Assembly: GCA_964604515.1 (NCBI GenBank)
Contig: CAZRZA010000002.1
Coordinates: forward strand, 1,607 to 65,606
Direction of reading: 5' to 3'
DNA length: 64,000 nt
DNA from: an uncultured Gammaproteobacteria bacterium
GTDB lineage: Bacteria; Patescibacteriota; Patescibacteriia; UBA1558; GWA2-36-10
Positions 1 through 10,238 of the stretch are shown one piece after another. Position 1 is the stretch's first letter. The number at the start of each line of letters is the position of its first letter. Both the position numbers and the translations under genes were made by a program. Below the pieces are notes generated by a model. It saw only the letters and a program-made list of their open reading frames with translations, made no database searches and was not told the DNA's origin.

Positions 1-69
1 AAATTAAAAAGAAAGCTATAAAATTCTTTAAAACTGCATTAATATTTTTTTTCTTTTCTTTTTTCATAT

Positions 70-1257
70 TTATTCTTTCTTATTAGCATCTTCTTTAGTT
101 TCTTCTGTTTTTTTAACTTCTTTTTCTTCTTTCTTTTCTATTTTTTTCTTTTTAGTCTCTTCTTTTGTTTTGCTTACTTTATACGATAACCCTAAACGAT
201 GGTTCTTAGCCTCTATATTAAGAATAGTAAATTCATATTCCTTACCAGCATTTAATATATTTTCAGGATTATTCACCTTTTTATTACTTAGTTCAGAAAT
301 ATGTACTAAACCATGAATATCTTTATCTAATTCTACAAAAGCTCCAAAAGGATTTACTTTAATAACTTTGCCTTTTACTTTTTGTCCTTTTTTATACTTT
401 TCTTCTACTCCGGCCCAAGGATCAGTTTGTAGTTTTTTAATAGATAATGATATTTTAGTATCATCAATTTCAATAATCTCAGCCTTTACCTCATCGCCAA
501 CTTTTATAATATCACGAGGATCATCAATTCTTTGCCAAGCTAATTCAGAAATATGTACTAAACCTTCTAAGCCATCTCCAAACTCTACAAAAGCTCCAAA
601 CTTAACAACACCAGTTACTTTGCCCTCTACTTTATCTCCGGTTTTATGTTTGGATATATTTTTTCTTTGTTTATCATTCCAGGCTCCTTTTTCAGAAACT
701 ATTAATTTCTCTTCTCTTTCATTAATATCAATAATTTTAGTTTTTAAGATTTGACCAATAAAAGACTTTAAGTGAGAAAGTATTTTTTCTTTATCACCAC
801 CTTCAATACGAGGATAATGCTCAATTGTTAATTGAGAAACTGGTAAAAAACCCAAGACATTACCAACCTTAATCATTAAACCACCTTTATTAGCATCAAT
901 AACCTTACTATCAACAACTGTAGCTTCTTTTTGAAGACTTTCTAAATTATTCCAAGCCTTTTGGTGACCAGCTTCTCGAAGAGATAATTCTAAATAACCA
1001 TTTTCATTATCTAAATCAATAACTGTAGCCGTTGCTTTGTCACCAATCTTTAAAGTTGAACCGTCATCTGATTCATCATATATTTCTTTACCACGAATTA
1101 AACCTGTGGTAATACCATCTAAGTCTAAGTATATTTCATTTTTGGAAACACTTATTATGCTACCCTCTACCAAATCACCAACTTTAGGTATTTTAATAGC
1201 ATTTTCTTTATTTAGTAAATCATCCATAGGATGATTTATTTTTTGTACATCTGACAT
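70..1257 (-). CDS. rpsA: 30S ribosomal protein S1 (short 4xS1-domain form with K/E-rich C-terminal tail)
   Basis: 395-aa ORF with four repeated S1 OB-fold motifs (GxV..G.V....GaFV.l..gi.GLvHiSe) and a lysine/glutamate-rich tail. Confidence 0.8.
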   Translation of the reverse strand: MSDVQKINHPMDDLLNKENAIKIPKVGDLVEGSIISVSKNEIYLDLDGITTGLIRGKEIYDESDDGSTLKIGDKATATVIDLDNENGYLELSLREAGHQKAWNNLESLQKEATVVDSKVIDANKGGLMIKVGNVLGFLPVSQLTIEHYPRIEGGDKEKILSHLKSFIGQILKTKIIDINEREEKLIVSEKGAWNDKQRKNISKHKTGDKVEGKVTGVVKFGAFVEFGDGLEGLVHISELAWQRIDDPRDIIKVGDEVKAEIIEIDDTKISLSIKKLQTDPWAGVEEKYKKGQKVKGKVIKVNPFGAFVELDKDIHGLVHISELSNKKVNNPENILNAGKEYEFTILNIEAKNHRLGLSYKVSKTKEETKKKKIEKKEEKEVKKTEETKEDANKKE

Positions 1258-1511
1258 ATTAATTGTTAAATAATTAACCCATTATTATTAAATAATAGGC
1301 TTCCCTGCACAAGGAAATTTATTAAATAAATGAACTTTTAGTTGACTAAAATTACCACAAAAGAGAGTTTAAGTCAAGGTAGGTTGCTGCAGAGAGAAAA
1401 ACACTGTTTTTATTGGTATTTTTAGCTAAAAAAGAGTTTAAAATACCATTTACTTTTCTATTTTTTTATGCTAATATTATATAATAAAATAAGTAAAGAA
1501 AGAAGAAAAAT

Positions 1512-2117
1512 ATGCTGATTTCATGGCAAGGATTTAATAATTTTAAATTAAAAAATACCAAAAGATCTATTATCTTAAATCCATATAATTTAGATAATAA
1601 AACAAAATTAAGTAAATCAAAAACAGATATTGTTTTATTTTCTAATTCTTTAAAAATAAAAGAAGCTAAAATAGACAAAGAGTCTTTTATTGTCTCTGGT
1701 CCCGGAGAGTATGAAGTAAATGATGTTTTTATATATGGTAGAGAAATAGATAATAATATAATTTATTATCTTCTTTTTGATGATTTAAAAATCGCTTTCT
1801 TAGGAGAACTTGGTCACCAGGAATTAAGTAATGGAGACTTAGAGTTAATAGAGGGAGCTGATATATTAATTATACCAGTAGGAGGAGGAGAATTAACCAC
1901 TAGTAAAGAAGCCGTAAAGATTATTTCCCAAGTAGAGCCAAGAATTGTTATTCCTAGTTGTTATCAAGAAGGTACCTTTAAATTAAAGACAGATAGCCTG
2001 GCTACTTTTGTAAAAGATTTTGGAATTAAAGCAGAAGAAGTAGATAAGCTAAAAATAGCTAAAAAAGACCTTCCTCAAGACGAAGTAAAGTTAATAAATA
2101 TTAAAATAAATAAATGA
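1512..2117 (+). CDS. hypothetical protein, possible MBL-fold metal-dependent hydrolase
   Basis: 201-aa ORF; weak resemblance to beta-lactamase-fold hydrolases (Lactamase_B_3-like); stop overlaps next ORF start (ATGA). Confidence 0.3.
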   Translation: MLISWQGFNNFKLKNTKRSIILNPYNLDNKTKLSKSKTDIVLFSNSLKIKEAKIDKESFIVSGPGEYEVNDVFIYGREIDNNIIYYLLFDDLKIAFLGELGHQELSNGDLELIEGADILIIPVGGGELTTSKEAVKIISQVEPRIVIPSCYQEGTFKLKTDSLATFVKDFGIKAEEVDKLKIAKKDLPQDEVKLINIKINK

Positions 2118-2437
2118 TTTTATATTCTGATAATAAGAATAAATATTTTACTCTTTTTCTTTTAGCATTTATTTCTACCTCTCTTATTATTTGGCAATAT
2201 ATAAAATATAAACCATTTGAATTAAATAATAGTAAAGAGAATAATAATTTTCAAGAAGCTAGTAAAGAAATAGGAGATACATTCTTAAAAATAGGAGACA
2301 GTTGGGATTTAGCTAAAGAAATTAATAATAACTCTCAAGAAGAGTTAGAAAAAGAATTTCAGAGAGAACAATTATTAACAGAAACTAAAAAATATTTAGA
2401 AAATAAAAATAAAACAGAAGAAATTGATATTAATTAA
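2114..2437 (+). CDS. hypothetical small protein with one N-terminal TM helix
   Basis: 107-aa ORF, hydrophobic segment [16 protein letters not shown] then charged tail; overlaps flanking ORFs in operon fashion. Confidence 0.3.
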   Translation: MILYSDNKNKYFTLFLLAFISTSLIIWQYIKYKPFELNNSKENNNFQEASKEIGDTFLKIGDSWDLAKEINNNSQEELEKEFQREQLLTETKKYLENKNKTEEIDIN

Positions 2438-2444
2438 AAAGATA

Positions 2445-4931
2445 ATGCCTAAGAAAAAACAAGAAAATAAAAAAGAAGATATTCTAAAAGATAATAGAGG
2501 TGCGGTAGAACAATTGTCTATTGTTGAAGAAATGCAAAATTCTTACATAGACTATGCTATGTCTGTTATTGTTGCTAGAGCCTTACCAGATGTTAGAGAT
2601 GGCTTAAAGCCGGTACATCGTCGTATTCTTTATGCAATGTGGAGTCTAGGATTAAGGCATGCTGCTAAATTTCGTAAATCAGCAACAGTGGTTGGTGAGG
2701 TACTTGGTAAATACCATCCTCATGGTGATTCGGCTGTTTACGAGTCTATGGTTAGAATGGCGCAAGACTTTTCTATGCGTTATCAATTAGTAAATGGTCA
2801 GGGTAACTTTGGTTCTATTGACGGTGATAATGCAGCTGCTATGAGATACACTGAAGCAAAGTTACGGGGTATAGCTGAAGAATTAATGTTTGATTTAGAA
2901 AAGAATACAGTAGACTTTGTTCCTAATTATGATGGTTCTCAAAAAGAACCAAAAGTAATGCCTGCTAAATTACCTAATTTATTATTAAATGGCACAACAG
3001 GTATTGCGGTTGGTATGGCTACTAATATACCTCCTCATAATTTGGGGGAATTAATAGATGCCATTCTTTTATTAATAGATAATGCAGACTCTACCATTGA
3101 AGGCTTAATGCAATATATTAAGGGTCCTGACTTTCCAACGGGGGGAGTAATTTATAATATAGAAGATATTAAAACAGCTTATGCCACCGGTCGAGGAGGA
3201 ATAGTAATTAGAGGGGAAGCAGAAATATCAGAGTTAAAGTCTAATCAATTTCAAATAATTATTTCTTCTATACCTTTTCAAGTTAATAAAGGTAATCTTT
3301 TAGAAAAAATAGCCTTTTTAGTTAAAGATAAAAAAATAGAAGGTATTAAAGACTTAAGAGATGAATCAGATAAAGATGGTATTCGTATTGTTATTGAATT
3401 AAAGAGAGATGCCTATCCTAAAAAGATTTTAAATAATTTATACAAGAAAACTCAATTACAAGAAAAGTTTCATGTTAATATGCTAGCCCTAATAGATGGC
3501 ATACAACCTAGAGTATTAACCTTAAAAGATGTTTTAGAAGAATATATTAAACATCGTCAAGAAGTCATTGCTCGTCGTACTAAATTTGAATTAGACAAAG
3601 CTAAAGATAGGGCTCATATTTTGGAAGGCCTGAAAAAAGCTCTAGATAAAATAGATGCCATTATAAAAACAATAAAAGCATCTAAAGATAAAGAAGTAGC
3701 CAAAGTTAATTTAATGAAGAAATTTAAATTAACAGAAATACAAGCTATTGCTATTTTAGAAATGAAATTACAAAGTTTAGCTAATTTAGAAAAATTAAAA
3801 TTAGAGAATGAGTTAAAAGAAAAATTAAAGATAATAAAAGAATTGACAGCTATTTTAAAGAGTAAAAATAAAATATTAGATATTATTAAAAAAGAATTAA
3901 AAGAAATTAAAGATAAATACGCTGATCAGAGAAAAACTAAAGTTATTAAATCAGCTATTGATAGAATGAATACTGAAGATTTAATACCTAATGAAGCAGC
4001 TATTATTACCATGACTCATGATGGTTATATAAAGAGATTGTCTCCCGAGAATTTTAAAACTCAAGGGAGAGGTGGCAAGGGAGTGACTGGCTTAACAACT
4101 AAAGAAGAAGATCAGGTAGAGATATTCTTTGCTACTAACACTCATGCTGACTTAATGTTCTTCACGACACAAGGAAGGGTTTTTCAGTTAAAAGCATATG
4201 AAATACCTCAAATGAGTAGATCTGCTAAAGGTCAAAACATAGTTAATTTCCTACAACTTTCTCCAGAAGAAAAAGTATCTTCTGTTTTACAAAGCGAAGA
4301 TTTTGAGATATATAAATATTTTATTATGGTTACTAAAGAGGGAATAATTAAAAAAGTTCCTGTTGAACAATTTAAAAAAGTAAGAAGATCTGGTTTAATA
4401 GCTATTAAATTAAAGAAGGATGATATTTTAGGATGGGTTAAACCAGCTACTGGACAAGATGATATTATTTTAGCTACCGCTAAAGGCCAAGCTATTAGGT
4501 TTAAGGAAAAAGGTGTCAGGGCTATGGGTAGATCAGCTGGCGGCGTTAGAGGTATTAGGCTAAAGAAGGAAGACCAGTTAATAGGAGTAGACTTAATTCC
4601 GGAAGGAAAAATTAACCAAGACGAACAATTATTAGTAGTTACTAATAATGGTTATGGAAAAAGAACAGGTTTAGATGCTTACAAAGTACAAGGAAGAGGT
4701 GGTTCCGGTATTAAAACAGCTCAAGTTACCACTAAAACAGGTAATGTTTCTTCAGCTCGTATAGTTAGTAGTAAAGTAGAAGATGAAGATTTAATTATTA
4801 TTTCTAAAAAAGGACAAGTAATTCGTTTACCAATTAATTCCATAAATATTTTAAGCAGAGCAACACAAGGCATTAGATTAATGAGCTTTAAAAACCCTGA
4901 AGATACTGTTTCTTCAGTAACATTTATTTAA
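2445..4931 (+). CDS. gyrA: DNA gyrase subunit A
   Basis: Canonical GyrA N-terminus ([28 protein letters not shown]), active-site region ([10 protein letters not shown]) and C-terminal beta-pinwheel repeats; likely start at MPKKK. Confidence 0.95.
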   Translation: MPKKKQENKKEDILKDNRGAVEQLSIVEEMQNSYIDYAMSVIVARALPDVRDGLKPVHRRILYAMWSLGLRHAAKFRKSATVVGEVLGKYHPHGDSAVYESMVRMAQDFSMRYQLVNGQGNFGSIDGDNAAAMRYTEAKLRGIAEELMFDLEKNTVDFVPNYDGSQKEPKVMPAKLPNLLLNGTTGIAVGMATNIPPHNLGELIDAILLLIDNADSTIEGLMQYIKGPDFPTGGVIYNIEDIKTAYATGRGGIVIRGEAEISELKSNQFQIIISSIPFQVNKGNLLEKIAFLVKDKKIEGIKDLRDESDKDGIRIVIELKRDAYPKKILNNLYKKTQLQEKFHVNMLALIDGIQPRVLTLKDVLEEYIKHRQEVIARRTKFELDKAKDRAHILEGLKKALDKIDAIIKTIKASKDKEVAKVNLMKKFKLTEIQAIAILEMKLQSLANLEKLKLENELKEKLKIIKELTAILKSKNKILDIIKKELKEIKDKYADQRKTKVIKSAIDRMNTEDLIPNEAAIITMTHDGYIKRLSPENFKTQGRGGKGVTGLTTKEEDQVEIFFATNTHADLMFFTTQGRVFQLKAYEIPQMSRSAKGQNIVNFLQLSPEEKVSSVLQSEDFEIYKYFIMVTKEGIIKKVPVEQFKKVRRSGLIAIKLKKDDILGWVKPATGQDDIILATAKGQAIRFKEKGVRAMGRSAGGVRGIRLKKEDQLIGVDLIPEGKINQDEQLLVVTNNGYGKRTGLDAYKVQGRGGSGIKTAQVTTKTGNVSSARIVSSKVEDEDLIIISKKGQVIRLPINSINILSRATQGIRLMSFKNPEDTVSSVTFI

Positions 4932-4941
4932 TAAAAAAAAT

Positions 4942-5955
4942 ATGTCTGAAAGAGTAGTTTCTCCCCCGGAACAAGACAATGATAAGACTTGGGACTTAAC
5001 CTTAAGACCACAAAGTATTAAGGAGTATATGGGTCAAGAACAGGTTAAGGCTAATTTAGATATTGTTTTAAGAGCTGCTAAAGGAAGAAATGAGCCTTTA
5101 GATCATACTATATTTTTTGGACCCCCAGGCTTAGGTAAAACAACCTTAGCTCATATTATAGCTAAAGAAATGGGTGTTGGTATAAAAATTACTTCAGGAC
5201 CAACCATCACCAAAGCTGGAGACTTAGCAGCTATTATTACTAATTTACAAGAGGGAGACATTCTTTTTATTGATGAAATGCATAGATTAAACAAAACTAT
5301 TGAAGAGATATTATACCCGGCTATGGAAGACTTTGCCTTAGATATTATATTAGGAAAGGGTCCTTCAGCTCAAGTATTAAGATTAGACTTGCCTAAATTT
5401 ACTTTAATAGGAGCTACTACTAGATATAATTTAATTTCTTCTCCTCTTAGAGATAGGTTTGGCATTACTTTTCGTTTAGACTTCTATAAAGAAAATGAAT
5501 TAAGAGATATTATAAAAAGATCTTCAGATATTTTAGCTATTAAAACAAATAAAGAAGCCCAAAAAGAAATAGCTATACGTAGTAGAGCTACACCCCGTAT
5601 TGCTAATCGTATTTTGAAAAGAATTAGAGACTATGCTCAAGTTAAAGGAGTAAAAGAAATTAATAAACAGGTAGTACAAGAAGCTTTAGAATTAATGAAT
5701 ATAGACCAATATGGCTTAGATGAGATAGACAGAAAGTTATTAAGAATAATTGCGGATAATTTTAATGGTGGCCCAGTAGGTTTAAATACTTTAGCGGCCA
5801 CTCTCCAAGAAGAAGCAGGTACTATTGAAGAAATATTTGAACCATATTTAATGCAATTAGGATTATTAAATAGAACAGCTAAGGGCAGAATAGCAACAGC
5901 TAAAACATATAAATATTTAGGTTTAGAAATTCCAGAAGATAATAAATTATTATAA
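4942..5955 (+). CDS. ruvB: Holliday junction branch migration ATPase RuvB
   Basis: LRPQSIKEYMGQEQVK, Walker A GPPGLGKTTLA, Walker B DILFIDEMHRL, RuvB C-terminal winged helix. Confidence 0.95.
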   Translation: MSERVVSPPEQDNDKTWDLTLRPQSIKEYMGQEQVKANLDIVLRAAKGRNEPLDHTIFFGPPGLGKTTLAHIIAKEMGVGIKITSGPTITKAGDLAAIITNLQEGDILFIDEMHRLNKTIEEILYPAMEDFALDIILGKGPSAQVLRLDLPKFTLIGATTRYNLISSPLRDRFGITFRLDFYKENELRDIIKRSSDILAIKTNKEAQKEIAIRSRATPRIANRILKRIRDYAQVKGVKEINKQVVQEALELMNIDQYGLDEIDRKLLRIIADNFNGGPVGLNTLAATLQEEAGTIEEIFEPYLMQLGLLNRTAKGRIATAKTYKYLGLEIPEDNKLL

Positions 5956-6014
5956 TACAAATAGATTTATTTAATTATAATTTACTAGAAAAATTAATAG
6001 CTCAGAAATAAATT

Positions 6015-6040
6015 AAAAAACATGACAACTCATGTTTTTT
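6015..6040 (+). terminator. Rho-independent terminator after ruvB
   Basis: Hairpin acatga-caac-tcatgt followed by a T6 run. Confidence 0.6.
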
Positions 6041-6680
6041 AATTTTAAATAAGTAGAAAAGAAGTAAATAAAAAACCCCTATTGTTTTTTTATATTTTTG
6101 ATTATTTTTGATCAAAGATATTAATAGGGGTTTAAAACTTCTGTGTTTTTACTTAACTTTTTCCTGGGCTAAGTATTTTTCTCCTTTAATTATTTGAGCA
6201 GGTAGCTATTGAGGTGTTTCGCATCATCAAGGCTATCCAATACAATCCAATGAAGCGTACCTGCTCAAGTTACAATTACTTTTTGAGTTATAACAAAGTT
6301 TTTTATTTTATTTTTTTAAATAGTACTTTTTTTATTATTATCAACTATTTATATTTATTACTTTTTAGTATTAATCTTTATGAGATTATTTTACTTTTTT
6401 AGTTGAGTAACATTATAAAGTATTATTATTTTAAATGAACTTAATACATAATAAATTATACCACTTTTTTTTATTTTTGCCAATAATAATATAATAAATA
6501 GTATTTTATTAAATAAAAAACCCAGGTAAACCATAATCGTCCATCAACAATCTAAGGAGAAAATAGCTCTTGAACTTAGCTATTTATCTTTTAAAGTAGG
6601 CTTACCTGGGGAGTATTATTATTTAATGTACTTTTCTGACAAACCTATTCTAACATATATAAACAATACTGTCAATACCT

Positions 6681-7742
6681 TTAATTGAAATGAAAATAAA
6701 CAGTATCTCCGTCTTTTATTATATAATCTTTACCTTCCATTTTTATTAATCCTTTTTCTTTAGCATTTAACCAACTTTTAGCTTCTAATAGTTTTTGCCA
6801 ATTAATAACTTCTGCTCTAATAAAACCTTTAGCAAAATCAGTATGAATAACGCCAGCGGCTTGAGGAGCTTTATTTCCTCTCTCTATTGTCCAGGCTTTT
6901 GTTTCTTCTGGGCCAGTAGTAATAAAAGTAATTAAGTTTAATAAGCTATAACTAGTATTTATTAAATTATTTAAACCACTTTTTTTTATTCCTAATTCTT
7001 TTAAATATTCTTTACTATCTTCTTCATTTAAATCTGCTAAATCAGACTCTAATTTAGCACAAATACTTATAGTATTTTCTGGTAAATTAATTTCTTTTCC
7101 TAAATCATCTTCAGAAATATTATAAAGATATATAATTGGTTTAATACTTAAAAGATTTAATTGTTTTAATATTTTAAATTCCTCCTCTAACCATTCGATA
7201 CTATTTAATAATTTATTAGCCTCTAATAGTTCTCTTGCTTTTTCTAATACTCTTTTTTCTTCGTCTAAAGATTTATCATAATTACCTTTCATCTTACTAA
7301 TTATCTTTTCTAAATGTTTAGTAATAGTATCTAAATCAGCTAAGATTAATTCTAAATTAATAACTTCTTTATCATTTTCAGGATTTATTTCTCCTTGAAC
7401 ATGAATAATATCATCATTAATAAAATTACGAATAACCTGTATTAAAGCATCTACTTCCCTAATATGAGAAAGAAATTTATTACCCAAACCTTCTCCTTGA
7501 GAAGCCCCTTTTACTAAACCAGCAATATCTACAAATTCTATAGCAGTTGGTATAACTTTTTCAGAATTAGACATTTTAGCTAATTCTTCTAATCTTTTAT
7601 CAGGAACAGTAACAATACCGACATTAGGGTCAATAGTACAAAAAGGATAGTTCTCTGCGGCTACCTTATTTTTAGTTAAAGCTTGAAATATTGTTGATTT
7701 ACCAACATTAGGTAAACCTATTATTCCTAAAGAAAGTGACAT
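6681..7742 (-). CDS. ychF: ribosome-binding ATPase YchF (Obg-family GTPase)
   Basis: N-terminal G1 motif GLPNVGKST, coiled-coil insertion, C-terminal TGS domain. Confidence 0.9.
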   Translation of the reverse strand: MSLSLGIIGLPNVGKSTIFQALTKNKVAAENYPFCTIDPNVGIVTVPDKRLEELAKMSNSEKVIPTAIEFVDIAGLVKGASQGEGLGNKFLSHIREVDALIQVIRNFINDDIIHVQGEINPENDKEVINLELILADLDTITKHLEKIISKMKGNYDKSLDEEKRVLEKARELLEANKLLNSIEWLEEEFKILKQLNLLSIKPIIYLYNISEDDLGKEINLPENTISICAKLESDLADLNEEDSKEYLKELGIKKSGLNNLINTSYSLLNLITFITTGPEETKAWTIERGNKAPQAAGVIHTDFAKGFIRAEVINWQKLLEAKSWLNAKEKGLIKMEGKDYIIKDGDTVYFHFN

Positions 7743-7796
7743 AGTTTTAATTTATTTAATAGAGCAATTAAATCATAATTTATTATTTTTGTAAAT

Positions 7797-7836
7797 AAAA
7801 ACCCCTTCGTATAAACAGAGGGGTTTTAGGTTTTTT
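7797..7836. terminator. bidirectional hairpin terminator between the small ORF 7826-8086 and ychF
   Basis: aaaacccctt-cgtataaacag-aggggtttt with A/T runs on both sides. Confidence 0.5.
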
Positions 7837-8086
7837 GAAAATGCCTATCACAATATTCAATAAATGAATTATAAGCATTTTGCTTTATTTTGAAAAGAGA
7901 GCCTTGTAGTATTTCTTTATTTTTCTTGTAGAAATAATAAGAAAGGTAATTATTTACAAAAGAAATATATAAATATTTAGATTTTTTTGGTATATATATT
8001 TTATATTTATTCTTTTCAAGTTTTAAAGTAATGCTTTTACCATGATTAACAATTGAATCATAAGTAACTACTGTTCTTTTTTTCAT
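7826..8086 (-). CDS. hypothetical small basic protein
   Basis: 86-aa ORF with no recognisable motifs. Confidence 0.25.
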   Translation of the reverse strand: MKKRTVVTYDSIVNHGKSITLKLEKNKYKIYIPKKSKYLYISFVNNYLSYYFYKKNKEILQGSLFKIKQNAYNSFIEYCDRHFQKT

Positions 8087-8212
8087 TTTACCTCCTTTTT
8101 AATGAACTTATTAAGTTAAAAAATAACTTAATACTTATATTTATAACAGTAAATATTATTTATGTAAAGTTATTTGTTAAATAATATCTTTTACTATATA
8201 ATGTATAAACTT

Positions 8213-10225
8213 ATGAAAGTAGACTTTATTAAAGAATTAAATAAAGAGCAATATAAATTAGTAACAGCTAAGTCTGGGCCGCGTTTAGTTTTAGCAGGGG
8301 CTGGCTCTGGAAAGACCAGAACCTTAATATATAGAATAGCTTATTTAATAGAACAAGGTTTAAATCCTCAGAAAATACTTTTAGTTACTTTTACTAATAA
8401 GGCTGCTCAAGAAATGAAAGAGAGAACTAGGAAGATATTAAATTTAGGCATTAAAGATAAATTACCAATCTGGAGCGGCACTTTTCATTCTTTAGCTAAT
8501 AGACTTTTAAGAATATACGGAAAAGAAATAGGAATAAAGAGTAATTTTAGTATTTTAGATACCCAAGATAGTAAAGCTTTAATAAAAAAGATAGCTAAAA
8601 AATATTTTGCTTCTTTAGATAAAAACAGAAGACCTTCAGCTAATATTATTAAAGAAACAATTTCTTTTGCCACCAACTCTGGTTTTAGTATAGAGGAAAG
8701 CTTAGAAAGAAAATTTGGAGAATGGTTACCATTTTTAGAAATATTTGAAAAAATAAATAAAGAATATATTGAGAAAAAGAAGATAGCAAATTCTTTAGAT
8801 TTTGATGATTTATTATTATCTTGGAAAGAATTAACTATTCATCCTAAAATAGGACCTCTTTTGCAAAAAAAGTGGGAACATATATTAGTAGATGAATATC
8901 AGGATACTAATTATTTACAGGATCAAATAATATATAATCTAGCTTCTATTCATCAGAATATAATCGTTGTTGGTGATGATGCGCAAAGTATTTATTCTTT
9001 TCGGGCAGCTAATATAGATAATATTTTAAATTTCCCTAAAGTATATAATAATTGTCAGATTCATAAATTAGAAGTAAACTATAGATCTACTCCAGAAATA
9101 GTATCTTTAGCTAATTATATTATTAAAGAGAACAAAGAGCGGTTTCCTAAAAACCTAAAAGCAGTTTTAGCTAGTTTCTTAAAACCTAAATTATTAGCTG
9201 CTAAGAATAATATAGAAGAGGCTTTAATGATTGCTGATAATATAGAAGAATTATTAGAAGCGGGCCTAGAATTAAAGGATATTGCTGTTCTGTTTAGAGC
9301 AGCTAATCACTCCCAATCTTTAGAAATGGAATTAAATAAAAGAAATTTAGCCTATGATATGAGAGGGGGTTTAAAGTTCTTTGAAAGAGCTCATATTAAA
9401 GACATTGTTGCTTATTTAAGGGTTTTAACAAATATACACGATGAAGCTTCTTGGTCTCGTATATTACAATTATATGAAGGAATAGGAGAGGTAACTATTA
9501 ATAAAATTTTTCAAGAAATTGTTAATTGTAAAGATATAGAAGATATATTTGATTTAAACATTTCTTTATCTTCTAAGGCTCAAAAAAGTTATTTAGAAGT
9601 AATTAACTTATTTAAGAAGTTAAATAAATTTGATAAAAAAGAATTAGCTAAACTTTTAGATTTTTTAATTAAAGAATATACTCTCTATTTAAACTCTCAG
9701 TATCCAGACTATCAACAAAGAGGACTAGACTTAGATCAATTAACTATCTTTTCAGTTAATTATAAAGACTTAGATCAATTTCTAGCAGAGGTTTCTTTGC
9801 AAGAAAACTTTAATTTAAAAGATAAATTAAATAAAAATAATAATAAAATAATATTGAGCACTATTCATCAAGCAAAAGGATTAGAGTGGCCAGCCGTTTT
9901 TATTATCAATTTAAATAACCAGGCCTTTCCTAATCCGCGAGCTATAGAGTCTGGGGAAGTAGAAGAAGAAAGAAGGTTGTTTTACGTTGCTATTACCAGA
10001 GCTCAAAAGAATTTATGCTTAAGCTATCCTTTGGCTACTATTAGATTTGATGGTTATAAGAATTTACAGCCTTCAGAGTTTGTTTCTAATATAGATAATA
10101 ATTTATTAGAGTATAATTCTTTAGCTAAAGGTACTTACTTTTCAGATGCAGATGATGTACAATATATTATAGATCAAGATAATCAGGATAATGATGACTT
10201 TTTACCAGATATAAGTGATTGGTAA
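8213..10225 (+). CDS. uvrD: UvrD/PcrA-family ATP-dependent DNA helicase
   Basis: Walker A AGAGSGKT, helicase motifs (TFTNKAAQEM, GTFHS, VDEYQDTN, VVGDDAQSIYSFRAA, TIHQAKGLEW, YVAITRA); start probably MKVDF. Confidence 0.85.
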   Translation: MKVDFIKELNKEQYKLVTAKSGPRLVLAGAGSGKTRTLIYRIAYLIEQGLNPQKILLVTFTNKAAQEMKERTRKILNLGIKDKLPIWSGTFHSLANRLLRIYGKEIGIKSNFSILDTQDSKALIKKIAKKYFASLDKNRRPSANIIKETISFATNSGFSIEESLERKFGEWLPFLEIFEKINKEYIEKKKIANSLDFDDLLLSWKELTIHPKIGPLLQKKWEHILVDEYQDTNYLQDQIIYNLASIHQNIIVVGDDAQSIYSFRAANIDNILNFPKVYNNCQIHKLEVNYRSTPEIVSLANYIIKENKERFPKNLKAVLASFLKPKLLAAKNNIEEALMIADNIEELLEAGLELKDIAVLFRAANHSQSLEMELNKRNLAYDMRGGLKFFERAHIKDIVAYLRVLTNIHDEASWSRILQLYEGIGEVTINKIFQEIVNCKDIEDIFDLNISLSSKAQKSYLEVINLFKKLNKFDKKELAKLLDFLIKEYTLYLNSQYPDYQQRGLDLDQLTIFSVNYKDLDQFLAEVSLQENFNLKDKLNKNNNKIILSTIHQAKGLEWPAVFIINLNNQAFPNPRAIESGEVEEERRLFYVAITRAQKNLCLSYPLATIRFDGYKNLQPSEFVSNIDNNLLEYNSLAKGTYFSDADDVQYIIDQDNQDNDDFLPDISDW

Positions 10226-10238
10226 TAATAAAATAAAT

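Noticed and set aside
368-754. Plus-strand 128-aa ORF (and 1037-1234) inside rpsA on the opposite strand
   Set aside because: Shadow ORFs antisense to a well-supported S1 gene; low-complexity S/P/T-rich translation typical of antisense frames.
5637-5960. Minus-strand 107-aa ORF overlapping ruvB
   Set aside because: Antisense shadow of ruvB; no start context or motifs.
6221-6240. Possible hammerhead-ribozyme core (minus strand reads ttgatgatgcgaaac, resembling CUGAUGA...GAAAC)
   Set aside because: Only 3 nt separate the GAUGA and GAAAC boxes, so stem II cannot form; first C of CUGAUGA is U.
6214-6402. 62-aa six-frame ORF in the ruvB-ychF spacer
   Set aside because: Hydrophobic low-complexity translation from AT-rich DNA, no RBS; the region is better explained as non-coding structured DNA/RNA.
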